This document shows, piece after piece, positions 29,157-38,430 of a DNA stretch of 64,000 bases (its first letter is position 1; each line of letters begins with the position of its first letter). The notes beneath the pieces were generated by a model. That model was not told the origin of the DNA. It saw only the letters and a program-made list of their open reading frames with translations, and did not search any database. The position numbers and the translations under genes are program-made. Source of the stretch: Dehalococcoidia bacterium (GTDB taxonomy: Bacteria > Chloroflexota > Dehalococcoidia > Bin125); contig OY820591.1 of assembly GCA_963555985.3 (NCBI GenBank), positions 1 through 64,000 on the forward strand. The letters are read 5' to 3'.

Positions 29157-30871
29157 TCGTCGCTCGCCGCCACAGACGGATTCGGAGCCAGCTGCGCAGA
29201 GAACGGGACCGCGCCGGCGGAATGACGCAGCGGCGTCTCCGCCTCTTCAAGCACGCTGTCGATGAAGCCCAGAAAGAGCGGATGCGGGCGGCCCGGACGC
29301 GAACGCAGTTCGGGGTGGAACTGCGAACCGAGCATGAAGCGGTGGCCGTGAACCTCGGAGATCTCCACCAGCGCCCCATCTTGCGAGACCCCGCTGGCGA
29401 ACAGTCCCGCCGCCTCCAGCCGTTCGCGGTAACGCGGATTGAACTCCCAGCGATGGCGGTGCCGCTCCAGCGCGACCGCGTCGTCGTAGAGACTCCAGGC
29501 CAACGTTTCCGGTTGCAGATAGCAGGGATACCGCCCCAGCCGCATCGTGCCGCCCATCTGAGTCACGTTGCGCTGTTCGTCCAGCAGCGCAATCACCGGA
29601 TAGGGCGTGTCTTCGTCGGCCTCGGTCGTCGTCGCCGACTCCCAGCCCAGACGCTCGCGCGCGACCGCGATCACCATGTTCTGCATCCCCCGGCAGAGTC
29701 CCAGATACGGCAACTGCTGCTGGAGCGCGAAGCGGGCCACTCGCACTTCACCCTCGATCCCGCGCTCGCCGAACCCCCCCGGCACGATCACGCCGTCCAC
29801 ATCCGCTAGCGCAGTCGCGATCTCGGCCTGATCAGCGTGATCCAGATCATCCGACTGGATCCAGTCGATCTCAATCTCCGCGCGCCGCTCCGCGCCGGCG
29901 TGGATCAAAGCCTCCTTGACCGAGAGATAGGCATCGCGCAGTTCGACGTACTTGCCCACGATCCCCACCCGGCAGCGGCGCTGGGGATGCGCCTGGCGTT
30001 CGACCCACTCCCGCCAACTGGCCAGCTCAATATCGCCCCTCGGCTCCGGCGAACGCTCGCTCAACGAGAGCCGTTTCAGGGTCAACTCGGTCAGACCCGC
30101 GTCCTCAAGCACCTGCGGCACCTGGTAGATCGAGCCAACCGTTTCCAGCGGCATCACCGCCTCGATCGGCACGTCGCAGAAGAGCGCCAGCTTGCGCATG
30201 ATCCCGTCGTCGGGAGGCACGTCCGTGCGCGAGAGGATCACATCCGGCTGAATCCCCATCGAGCGCAGCGTGCGCACCGAGTGCTGAGTCGGCTTGGTCT
30301 TCAGTTCGTCGGTGGCCTGGAGATAGAACAGCGGCGTCACGTGGATCGCGAGCGTCCCGTCGCGCGGCTCCTCGTAGCGCATTTGCCGGATCGCCTCGAG
30401 GAACGCCTGACCCTCAATGTCCCCGATCGTGCCGCCGATCTCGACAATCAACACATCAACCTTGGCCCGCCGCGCCAACCCGCGCACGCGCTCCTTGATC
30501 ATGTCGGTCACGTGGGGAACGGTCTGGATCGTCCCGCCCAAGTAGTCGCCCTTGCGCTCGCGCTCGATCACCGCCGCCGAAATCTGCCCCATCGTGACAG
30601 ACGAGGCGGAGGTCAGATCCTGGTCGAGAAAGCGCTCATAATGGCCGAGATCGAGATCGGTTTCCGCGCCGTCGTCCGTAACGAAGACTTCGCCGTGCTG
30701 ATAGGGCGACATCGTGCCCGGATCGACATTGAGATAAGGATCGAGCTTCTGAACGGTGACGCGGAGACCGCGGCTAATCAGCAGACGGGCGAGCGAAGCG
30801 GTGGCGATGCCTTTACCGACGGAGGAGATCACTCCGCCGGTGATGAAGATGTACTTCGGCTCAGTCGCCAT
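29153..30871 (-). CDS. pyrG: CTP synthase
   Basis: KYIFITGGVISSVGKG, DPGTMSPYQHGE, KTKPTQHSV, QFHPE. Confidence 0.98.
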   Translation of the reverse strand: MATEPKYIFITGGVISSVGKGIATASLARLLISRGLRVTVQKLDPYLNVDPGTMSPYQHGEVFVTDDGAETDLDLGHYERFLDQDLTSASSVTMGQISAAVIERERKGDYLGGTIQTVPHVTDMIKERVRGLARRAKVDVLIVEIGGTIGDIEGQAFLEAIRQMRYEEPRDGTLAIHVTPLFYLQATDELKTKPTQHSVRTLRSMGIQPDVILSRTDVPPDDGIMRKLALFCDVPIEAVMPLETVGSIYQVPQVLEDAGLTELTLKRLSLSERSPEPRGDIELASWREWVERQAHPQRRCRVGIVGKYVELRDAYLSVKEALIHAGAERRAEIEIDWIQSDDLDHADQAEIATALADVDGVIVPGGFGERGIEGEVRVARFALQQQLPYLGLCRGMQNMVIAVARERLGWESATTTEADEDTPYPVIALLDEQRNVTQMGGTMRLGRYPCYLQPETLAWSLYDDAVALERHRHRWEFNPRYRERLEAAGLFASGVSQDGALVEISEVHGHRFMLGSQFHPELRSRPGRPHPLFLGFIDSVLEEAETPLRHSAGAVPFSAQLAPNPSVAASDE

Positions 30872-30914
30872 ACGTGTGTCGCCTCCACGACCATGTTCAC
30901 TCTAGCCGCCTCCA

Positions 30915-31166
30915 TTAGCCGCCCCGACAGCCGCCTTGCAGATTGACCAACAGATCCACTAGATCGCCGTCCTTGAGCGGATCGTCCACGTTCGCCTGCA
31001 CGCTGTTGATCACGACCGCGATCGCTTCCTGGTCCTGTTCGGAGAAGGCTTCCGCTTCGAGGATGTCCTTGGCGGTCATGCCCTCGAACCAGTCGAGTTC
31101 GAGGTTGCCGCGCTTGGATTTGGAGAGCGGAACGAGAGTCATAAAGAGCTTGACGTGAACGGCCAT
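30915..31166 (-). CDS. MoaD/ThiS family sulfur carrier
   Basis: V.VKLF...VVIN...L.DGD.V...GG beta-grasp pattern. Confidence 0.8.
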   Translation of the reverse strand: MAVHVKLFMTLVPLSKSKRGNLELDWFEGMTAKDILEAEAFSEQDQEAIAVVINSVQANVDDPLKDGDLVDLLVNLQGGCRGG

Positions 31167-31229
31167 CGAGAGCGGCTCCGAACTGGTATGCGCTGCTTGC
31201 GTGCAGCTTACCAACGCCCCCTCGCCGGC

Positions 31230-32237
31230 TCAGGATTCCAAGACCCCGATCGTCTCACGCAAGATCGCCGCCGCTGCCCTCCGCAGTCCCGGATTGTTGG
31301 GCGCCCCGCCCATCGGATATGGAAACAGCGTCGCAAAGCGCGAGAGCGAGAGCGCCGCAGCCTGTGCGATGGTCCCGGCACTACCCGATTGCGCATCGCC
31401 GCGCCAAAATTCGGCCGCCTCACCCCAGCCGGCAGCCAGCCGCTGCGCCGCCTGCGCATGTCCCTGCGGATCAATCTCAACATCCGATTCGAGAATCGCA
31501 ATCCACGCCTCAAGTGCCTCCACGACTCGTGGAGCGGTCTCCGTTTGCGCACGCGCCGCCGCCGCCAGCAGCGCATCAGAATCCGGCGCGCCACCGACAC
31601 GAGCAAAGATCACGCAGAGCTCGGGCGCAGAGGCGAAATCCGCCTCCGCCAACCACGGCCCGACCTGCTCGGTCAATGGCCCATCCCGATACCAGGAGCG
31701 ACGATCATCATCGAAGCCGATGATCAGCCCCCAGGTCGGTCCGGCCAAATCAAGCCCAGCCCGAAACGCGGTCACCGCTCGCCCAGCTCCGAGCTCACGG
31801 CGAATACGCCGACGGATCAGACGCCAGCGGATGGGTCCGATCAGGGAATGCCGATCCGGTCGGCGGTGGATGATGGATACCCGCAGCCCAAGCGCCTCGA
31901 GCCCACCATTGAGATGCGGCGGAATTGTAATGGCGTGTGCTTGGGGCGCAAATGCGGCAGGTAGATTCTCCTCTCCCCCCGCATCGCGGGGGGAGATGTC
32001 ACGAAGTGACAGAGGGGGGTCCGGATCGCTTTGCCAATCTGCCGAACTCCCCTTACCGGAGCCTGCCCCGGGCTCGAACCGGGATGCAGAAAAGGGAACC
32101 TGCATCCCCAGCCCGGTCACCGTCGCAATCACCGACGACTCCGCTTCCACCCCAAGCCCCCGCAGCTGCCCAACCAGCGACCCCGCCAGCGGGTTCCAGT
32201 GGTACACGTACCGAGCTTCGAGCAGACGTTGAGCCAT
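31230..32237 (-). CDS. hypothetical protein containing an in-frame REP-like insertion
   Basis: Long ORF coupled to the upstream gene; DPPLSLRDISPRDAGGE is encoded by the repeat at 31970-32022. Confidence 0.6.
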   Translation of the reverse strand: MAQRLLEARYVYHWNPLAGSLVGQLRGLGVEAESSVIATVTGLGMQVPFSASRFEPGAGSGKGSSADWQSDPDPPLSLRDISPRDAGGEENLPAAFAPQAHAITIPPHLNGGLEALGLRVSIIHRRPDRHSLIGPIRWRLIRRRIRRELGAGRAVTAFRAGLDLAGPTWGLIIGFDDDRRSWYRDGPLTEQVGPWLAEADFASAPELCVIFARVGGAPDSDALLAAAARAQTETAPRVVEALEAWIAILESDVEIDPQGHAQAAQRLAAGWGEAAEFWRGDAQSGSAGTIAQAAALSLSRFATLFPYPMGGAPNNPGLRRAAAAILRETIGVLES

Positions 32238-33391
32238 CAGTTGCGGTCCGCGAGCCGCGCGCGGCCGCTGCGCTCATACACATTGTTGGCGACATAGAAG
32301 TGCTGACGCGCCGCCGTAATGTCATTCTGCAGGTGCAGCAGCGGATGATCCTTGAAGATCGCCGAGCCGCCCGCCGTGTAGTGCGCAAACCGCACGATCT
32401 CGGCGCACACATCCGTGACCCAGGTGCTCATCGCACGAATTCGCGCATCGTCAGCCGGACTCATCGCCCGGCCCGATTCCATCATCGCCACCATCTCGTC
32501 GTACATCGACAGCGCATACGCGCGGGCCGCCTCGAACGCGCACGACAGCTCTCCGAAGTCGCGCTGGAACGCGGGCCGATCCGCAATCGCGCCGTCGGCG
32601 CCGAAGCGAGTGCGCGAAGTGAGCTCGCTGTTGAGCAGCTCCAGCGCGCGCTTGCCCGCACCCAGCGCAACCCCCGTGTGCCCCGTACTCAGAAACGCCA
32701 GCCCCGGCGCGTCCATCCAGACGCTGCCGCGAGCAACCCGCCGCTCCGTCGACATCGTGTACTCCGGCCGGATAACCAGACCCTCCGCTCGAAAGTGACA
32801 ACTGCCACTGCCCTCCAGCCCGACCGTGTACCAACTGTCCTCCACGATCAGCCGCTCCTGCTCCACGATGCAGGTCAGCGGCTGCGGCGGCGCATCAGGT
32901 TCGATCAAGAGGCTGCTGCAAACCACCCACTGCGAGTGCAGAATCCCGCTCGCAAACGACCAGCGACCGTCGAGCTGATACGAACCATCGGGCAGCAGCC
33001 GCGTGCGCCCTTCCGGGTTGGCCGTCCCGGCGACGCGCGGATACTGCGAGCCGAAAATGTCCTCGATCCCGCGAGGATCGGGCAAATGCGCCCCCACCGC
33101 CCCCGACGCGATCGAGTGGATCATCGAGATCCAGCCCCCGGACAGTTCAGCCGCAGAGAGCACTTCCAGCACCTCGACCTGGGTGCCCGGGTGAACATCG
33201 AACCCCCCAACCTCACGCGGAGCGTCCATTCGGAAGATGCCCGCCTCCTCAAGCGCAGCGACCGCTTCAGGGGCCAGATTCCGCTGCGCACGGGACGCAT
33301 CAGCGCAGGCCGCCACCCGAGGCGCAATCGCCTCGGCCCGTTCCAGCCACTCGCTGCGTTCCCGCTGCCGCTCCGCCGCGTTCCGGCTCAT
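32237..33391 (-). CDS. acyl-CoA dehydrogenase-fold flavin-dependent monooxygenase (HsaA-like)
   Basis: P..VGG, GRWSFASG, W.TVGL.GSGS, GGSAI. Confidence 0.85.
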   Translation of the reverse strand: MSRNAAERQRERSEWLERAEAIAPRVAACADASRAQRNLAPEAVAALEEAGIFRMDAPREVGGFDVHPGTQVEVLEVLSAAELSGGWISMIHSIASGAVGAHLPDPRGIEDIFGSQYPRVAGTANPEGRTRLLPDGSYQLDGRWSFASGILHSQWVVCSSLLIEPDAPPQPLTCIVEQERLIVEDSWYTVGLEGSGSCHFRAEGLVIRPEYTMSTERRVARGSVWMDAPGLAFLSTGHTGVALGAGKRALELLNSELTSRTRFGADGAIADRPAFQRDFGELSCAFEAARAYALSMYDEMVAMMESGRAMSPADDARIRAMSTWVTDVCAEIVRFAHYTAGGSAIFKDHPLLHLQNDITAARQHFYVANNVYERSGRARLADRN

Positions 33392-33487
33392 ATCAGCACG
33401 TCCCAATCATCCCCGGCAGGCTAGCCGCTCCCGCAACTGGCTACTCTCCCTGCAAGCCCATACACGCCCGCGACCAAGGAGCCACCC

Positions 33488-34519
33488 ATGAGCCGAATCA
33501 CCGACGACCCACGCATCGACCCTCGCCTCAAGGCCGCCTTCGGCGAATTCTCCTCTCCCGCCCAACCCAACGTCGCCAGCCGCGAAGAGTTGGTCGCGCG
33601 GATGAACACGCCCGAGATGCTGGAACTCGCCGAGCAGATCTGGCAGCTGATGGACAATCCCGAACTCGAGACTCTCGCCCCCTCGGACGGTCTCACAATC
33701 ACCACCGAGACCTTCATTTCCTCGCCCGACGGCAACGAGATCCAGATCCAGTTGATCAAGCCCCAATCAGACGAGCCCCTGCCCTGCGTTTACGAGATCC
33801 ACGGTGGCGGAATGCAGTCCGGCTCCTGTTACGACCCGATCACGACTGCCTTTGGACGGATGACCGCCGCGCACGGCGTCGCCGTCGCCCAGGTCGACTT
33901 CCGCAACTCGCTCGTACCGTCCTCCACACCCGAGATCGCGCCCTATCCGGCCGGACTCAACGATTGCGTCTCCGGCCTGCGCTGGGTGATCGACAACGCT
34001 GAGGCACTCGGCATCGACGCCGGGCGCGTGATCGTCGCCGGAGCCAGCGGCGGCGGCAACCTCACCCTCGCCGTCGGCCTGCGCCTGGTCCGCGACGGCG
34101 ACGCCGGCATCATCCAGGGCCTCTTCGCCATGTGTCCCTACATCGCCGGCAGCTGGCCCCGCGACGACCTCCCTTCCTCGACCGAGAACAACGGCATCCT
34201 GCTCGACCTGCACGACAACACCCACGCCCATGCCTACGGCATCGACGCCTTCGAGGCCGAAGACCCCTGCGCCTGGCCGCTCTTCGCCACCGAGGAAGAT
34301 GTCCAGGGCTTCCCCGAAACCATCATCAGCGTCAACGAGTGCGATCCCCTCCGCGACGAAGGCCTCGAGTTCTACCGGCTCCTGCTCCGAGCCGGACAAT
34401 CCGCCCGCTGCCACCAGGTGATGGGCACGATCCACGGTGGCGATGTGTTCGTCACCCCGTGCCCGGAGATTTCCCAGGCGACCGCGCTGGCGATTGCCGC
34501 GTTCTGCAAGGGCGAGTGA
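33488..34519 (+). CDS. HSL-family esterase/lipase
   Basis: HGGG, GASGG, DPLRDEG, H. Confidence 0.9.
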   Translation: MSRITDDPRIDPRLKAAFGEFSSPAQPNVASREELVARMNTPEMLELAEQIWQLMDNPELETLAPSDGLTITTETFISSPDGNEIQIQLIKPQSDEPLPCVYEIHGGGMQSGSCYDPITTAFGRMTAAHGVAVAQVDFRNSLVPSSTPEIAPYPAGLNDCVSGLRWVIDNAEALGIDAGRVIVAGASGGGNLTLAVGLRLVRDGDAGIIQGLFAMCPYIAGSWPRDDLPSSTENNGILLDLHDNTHAHAYGIDAFEAEDPCAWPLFATEEDVQGFPETIISVNECDPLRDEGLEFYRLLLRAGQSARCHQVMGTIHGGDVFVTPCPEISQATALAIAAFCKGE

Positions 34520-34798
34520 GGCTCCGGTTCCTCCCCGGATCCGTCATTCCCGCGCTCGTCGCGGGAATCTCGATGTTCGCAGTGCCGTCGTCCCGTACCG
34601 ATCGATGCCACTCCCGAACCCCGACCTCCGCAAACCCTCAAGCGGCTCCATCACAACCCTCCTCGCCGAGGCGAGGATATGGGTTTCTGCGGCCGCCATG
34701 ACGATGCTGAACCAGTCGGCGCGATGGCGCTCTCCTCTCTCCCCCGCAGTGCGGGGGGAGAAGAAGAACGCGAGATCGTCGCCGTTTTCAGCAGCCTG

Positions 34799-35614
34799 CT
34801 ACCGAAACGGACGATCACCCTTCACCGTCACCCGAATCCCCGACCGCGACTCCGGGTAGTAATCCCAGATCGCCATGTGCTGGGTGCAGCGGTTGTCCCA
34901 CAACGCCACCGAGTGATCCGCCCACTGGAAGCGGCACTGGAAGTTGACGTTCTTCACGTGATCGGCGAGGAAGCCAAGCAGCGCCTTGCTCTCGTCGCGC
35001 GGGAGTTCGATGATTCGCCGCGTGAAGACCTCGTTCACGAACAGCGCCTTCTTGCCCGTCACCGGATGCGTCCGCACCACCGGATGCACCGCGCTCGGAA
35101 ACTCGCGCTGCGGCTTGTGATCGCCGTACTGACCGGTGTAATCGGAGGCGTGCAGCGCCGTCAGCGGATCCAGCAGTTCCTTCATCGGCTCCGAAAGCGC
35201 CTCATACGCCGCGTACATGTTCGACCAGCATGTGTCCCCGCCCGACGGCGGCACGTGATGGATATGCAGGATGCTCGCCATCGGCGGCTCTTCGTCCGCC
35301 GACACGTCCGAATGCCAGCGTTCGCCGTTGTTGCGGAACGAGTCCTTGTCGGTGTGGATGATCATCAACTCCGGGTTGCCGCCCTCAAATGGCGCCGCCG
35401 GATGAATATGCAGATCGCCAAACCGCCGCCCAAACGCCAGATGCTGCTCATGCGACATCGGCTGGTCGCGGAAGAACAGCACCAGGTGCTCCATCCACGC
35501 ATCATGGATCTCGCCCATCACCGCATCCTCAAGCGGCTGAGTCAGGTCAACGCCCTCAACAGTCGCGCCAATCGTCGGCGTCAACGGCTCCACCGAAATG
35601 TGCTGGTAGGTCAT
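34799..35614 (-). CDS. TauD/TfdA family dioxygenase
   Basis: WHSD, GGDT, HPVVRTHP.TG, WDNRCTQH. Confidence 0.93.
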   Translation of the reverse strand: MTYQHISVEPLTPTIGATVEGVDLTQPLEDAVMGEIHDAWMEHLVLFFRDQPMSHEQHLAFGRRFGDLHIHPAAPFEGGNPELMIIHTDKDSFRNNGERWHSDVSADEEPPMASILHIHHVPPSGGDTCWSNMYAAYEALSEPMKELLDPLTALHASDYTGQYGDHKPQREFPSAVHPVVRTHPVTGKKALFVNEVFTRRIIELPRDESKALLGFLADHVKNVNFQCRFQWADHSVALWDNRCTQHMAIWDYYPESRSGIRVTVKGDRPFR

Positions 35615-35682
35615 CGTGGTCTCTTTCTGGTCCAATCGCGCCACCGCGCATCGCGTAGCTGCAACTCTAAAGCCGCCTCCCT

Positions 35683-35905
35683 ACTCTCCCCCCTTGCGGA
35701 GACCTGCGCGTAATCCCGGATTCCGTCATTCCAGGCTTGACCTGGAATCTCGTCCGGAATTGCGGACTATCTGGTCGGAGCGAGATTCCTGCGTTCGCTG
35801 GAATGACGAGAGCAACGGGAATCTGATGTACGCGCAACTCTCCTTGCGGGGAGGGAGATGTCACGTAGTGCCTGCCCCCGCGCAGGCGGGGGACAGAGGG
35901 GGGCA
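35683..35905. mobile_element. Nested REP/MITE cluster
   Basis: GAGACCTGCGCGTA...TACGCGCAACTCTC flanked by CTTGCG on both sides, inside a CTCCCC...GGGGAG palindrome. Confidence 0.7.
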
Positions 35906-35916
35906 GCGACTCCCCC

Positions 35917-36837
35917 CTACTCCCACTGCGACCCGTCCGGCGTCCCCGCCGTCGCCGGCAGCGGAAAGTCCGCCGAAATCCAGGGATACCGAGACGTCAA
36001 CCCGACCAGCGTGCAAAACCGCGCCGGATTGCGCTCGATCATCTCCGGCGTCACCGTCGCCCAGTACAACTCCTGCGCCTGCACGTGATCGCGCACGAAC
36101 GGCATCACCAGCGTCACCCGCTGACCCTCCGACGTGCGCGGCAGCGCCCCGTGCCAGAGACTGCCGTGCCAGGCGATCACCGACCCCTTGGGAACCTCCA
36201 GCACCTCAATGTCCGGGTGATCATGAGCCTGCTGCAACTCCGGCGGCACATTCCGGCCCCAGCGGTGCGAGCCGGGCCAGACGCAGACCGCCCCGTTCTC
36301 CCGCGTGTAGTCGCCTGTGATCCAGTTCAGGTTGCAGTACTGCGCCGTCAGCGGCCACGGCGTCGGAAACTTGTGGCTGTGATCGGCGTGGATCGTCAGC
36401 GGCGGCGTCCGCGTGTCCTTCACCAATCCCGTGATCTGGCTGATCTTCGCCCGCCAGCCCAGCATGTACGTCACCAGCGTCAACGGCACCGGAGAGGTCA
36501 GCACCTCCTCGAATACCGGATCCCGAGGCAACAAATGCTGCAAAGTCTTGCCCAGACCCGCGCGCAACTCGCGCTCGTCCTCCTCCGCCACCCGCAAAAT
36601 CGCCGCCCGAATCCGCTCGAACAACTCCATCGGCGCCGCCTTCTCCGGCGGGATCACCGCATACCCCTTGGTTTCGAGATCGGCGATCTCACCCTTGAGG
36701 TCGTACTGCTCGATATTCGCCCAGAGCCGACGCTCCGCCTCCTTACCCGCCGGAATCGGATCGCCGGCCAACTTCGCCGCCGCCAACTCCCGCAAGGCCA
36801 TCAACTCGCGCTCAAGAGCCAACGCATCAATCGCCAT
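35917..36837 (-). CDS. phytanoyl-CoA dioxygenase (PhyH) family protein
   Basis: HAD iron motif, ENGA...PGSH, WHG, R. Confidence 0.88.
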   Translation of the reverse strand: MAIDALALERELMALRELAAAKLAGDPIPAGKEAERRLWANIEQYDLKGEIADLETKGYAVIPPEKAAPMELFERIRAAILRVAEEDERELRAGLGKTLQHLLPRDPVFEEVLTSPVPLTLVTYMLGWRAKISQITGLVKDTRTPPLTIHADHSHKFPTPWPLTAQYCNLNWITGDYTRENGAVCVWPGSHRWGRNVPPELQQAHDHPDIEVLEVPKGSVIAWHGSLWHGALPRTSEGQRVTLVMPFVRDHVQAQELYWATVTPEMIERNPARFCTLVGLTSRYPWISADFPLPATAGTPDGSQWE

Positions 36838-36904
36838 CGGAACCTCCTGCCCCAAACACCCGCAGAGTAGCGATCCGAGAATGAGCGCTGCACCAACCTC
36901 CTAA

Positions 36905-37125
36905 ACCTCCTCCCCCTTGAGGACACCTGCGCGTATGCCATGATCGATCTCCCCCTCAAGGAGACCTGCGCGCAATCCCAAATTCCGTCATTCCCGCGCA
37001 GGCGGGAATCTCGAAGCAACCAAGTCTGAAACCACTCCCAATCTGGTCGTACCACCGACCTCGCATCGCGCGATCCGCTCCTCCGAGTCGTCACTCGCCC
37101 GCAGCTGACGCTCGCAAGGCCCTCC
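36905..37125. mobile_element. REP/MITE cluster
   Basis: dRS3-like unit followed by an interior also found at 43740-43860 and 57560-57690. Confidence 0.7.
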
Positions 37126-37207
37126 AACCCAGACAGAAATGTCACTCAGTAACAGAGCGAGTCCCACCCAACCCTCCCAACCACACCCAAACCAGCTAAT
37201 CTTATCG

Positions 37208-37219
37208 GAACGTCAGTAT
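37208..37219 (+). promoter_or_regulatory. LexA-like box upstream of HTH gene
   Basis: GAAC-GTCA-GTAT, in the position equivalent to 58238-58249. Confidence 0.4.
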
Positions 37220-37242
37220 GTATCAACCGGACAGGACCCTCC

Positions 37243-37833
37243 ATGCCGACCGACACGCTCTCACCCGCTCGCCGCGACAAACTCCTCCGCGCCCACCAGC
37301 TCCGCTGCCAGGGACTCACCCTCCGCCAGATCGCCGAGCAAATGAACTGCTCGCCCGCCACCGTGCTCCGCTATCTCAGAGAATTCCAGCAGTACCGCTC
37401 GCAGATCATCGAATCCCTCGCCAGCGACCAGCTCCTCGACCTCCTCCAGCAACTCGGCGACACCGACGACAGCGCTCACGAACGCCGCATCCACGCCGCA
37501 CGCGAACTGCGCCTCCTGCTCGACGCCCTCGATCGCATCGTCGACCGCCGTCAGCAACGCGATCGCCGCATCGAAGAACAACACGCCGCCGACAGCCTGC
37601 GCACCCTCGATGCGCTCGAAACCGTCCTCCACGAACTGGCCGCCGCCGGGCTCGAACCCCTCGATCTCAGCCAAGTCCCGCCCAGCGAACTCCCCGGCCT
37701 CATCTCCCTGCACCAAATCTTTGGCGGCGACCTAGCTGACGAGACCCCGGAATCGATCCTCGCATCCCGTAAACAGGCCCCGTCCCAACCCGAACCCAAC
37801 CGAATATTCCGGATACAAAATGAAACAAACTGA
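37243..37833 (+). CDS. HTH-domain protein, dispersed element copy 3
   Basis: LRCQGLTLRQIAEQMNCSPATVLRYL HTH; ACAGGA RBS. Confidence 0.75.
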   Translation: MPTDTLSPARRDKLLRAHQLRCQGLTLRQIAEQMNCSPATVLRYLREFQQYRSQIIESLASDQLLDLLQQLGDTDDSAHERRIHAARELRLLLDALDRIVDRRQQRDRRIEEQHAADSLRTLDALETVLHELAAAGLEPLDLSQVPPSELPGLISLHQIFGGDLADETPESILASRKQAPSQPEPNRIFRIQNETN

Positions 37834-37870
37834 AACAAGGTGAAACAGGCTGAAACAACCTGCAACAAGA
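37791..37870 (+). repeat. Eight 10-bp phased units (core TGAAACA x4)
   Basis: cgaacccaac/cgaatattcc/ggatacaaaa/tgaaacaaac/tgaaacaagg/tgaaacaggc/tgaaacaacc/tgcaacaaga. Confidence 0.85.
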
Positions 37871-37979
37871 ATCCGGCCAATTCCCCGCCCGCAACAGCGA
37901 ATCGTCCCAACCGGCCCAAAAAAACGCGCCCCCAACGCCGCAGAGCGCCCAACTCCAGGCCGCAACGCCCCAGGACGCT

Positions 37980-38310
37980 CACCGAACAGAGACTGATGCA
38001 TAACTCCCTCCGCCGTCATTCCCGCGAATGCAGGCCTTTGCAAAACTCCCATTTCCGTCATTCCCGCGAACGCAGGCCTTTGCAAAACTCCCATTTCCGT
38101 CATTCCCGCGAACGCGGGAATCCATGCGGCGTATCGAGTGGGATCTAGATTCTCGCGTTCGCAAGAATGACGAAACGCTCAGATCGGGAATCTTGCAAAG
38201 GCTCCGAACGCGGGAATCCAGTCTCCGTATGTGCTCGGCGCTGGATGCCTCATTGAGTCGGAATGGCGGAAATGCGGCAAGTCAGGGGTGATGCATCAGT
38301 CACCGAACAG
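37980..38310. mobile_element. Multiply nested MITEs
   Basis: Outer IR GACTGATGCAT / ATGCATCAGTC; inner GGCCTTTGCAAAA...TTGCAAAGGCTC inserted at CGAA within ATTCCCG-CGAA-CGCGGGAAT. Confidence 0.78.
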
Positions 38311-38430
38311 CCCAGGGGCGAATGCCATCGTCGCCGGGACCGCTGATCATTGCGTCCCGCTTGGGTTAGACTGCGCGCGTTCGCCCGGGACGCCCTGGCT
38401 TCGCGCGTCCCCGTACCGACAGGAGACAGG

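Noticed and set aside
37990-38130. Tandem 43-bp units resembling a CRISPR array
   Set aside because: The units are identical MITE ends plus half-palindromes with no unique spacers, and no cas genes are present.
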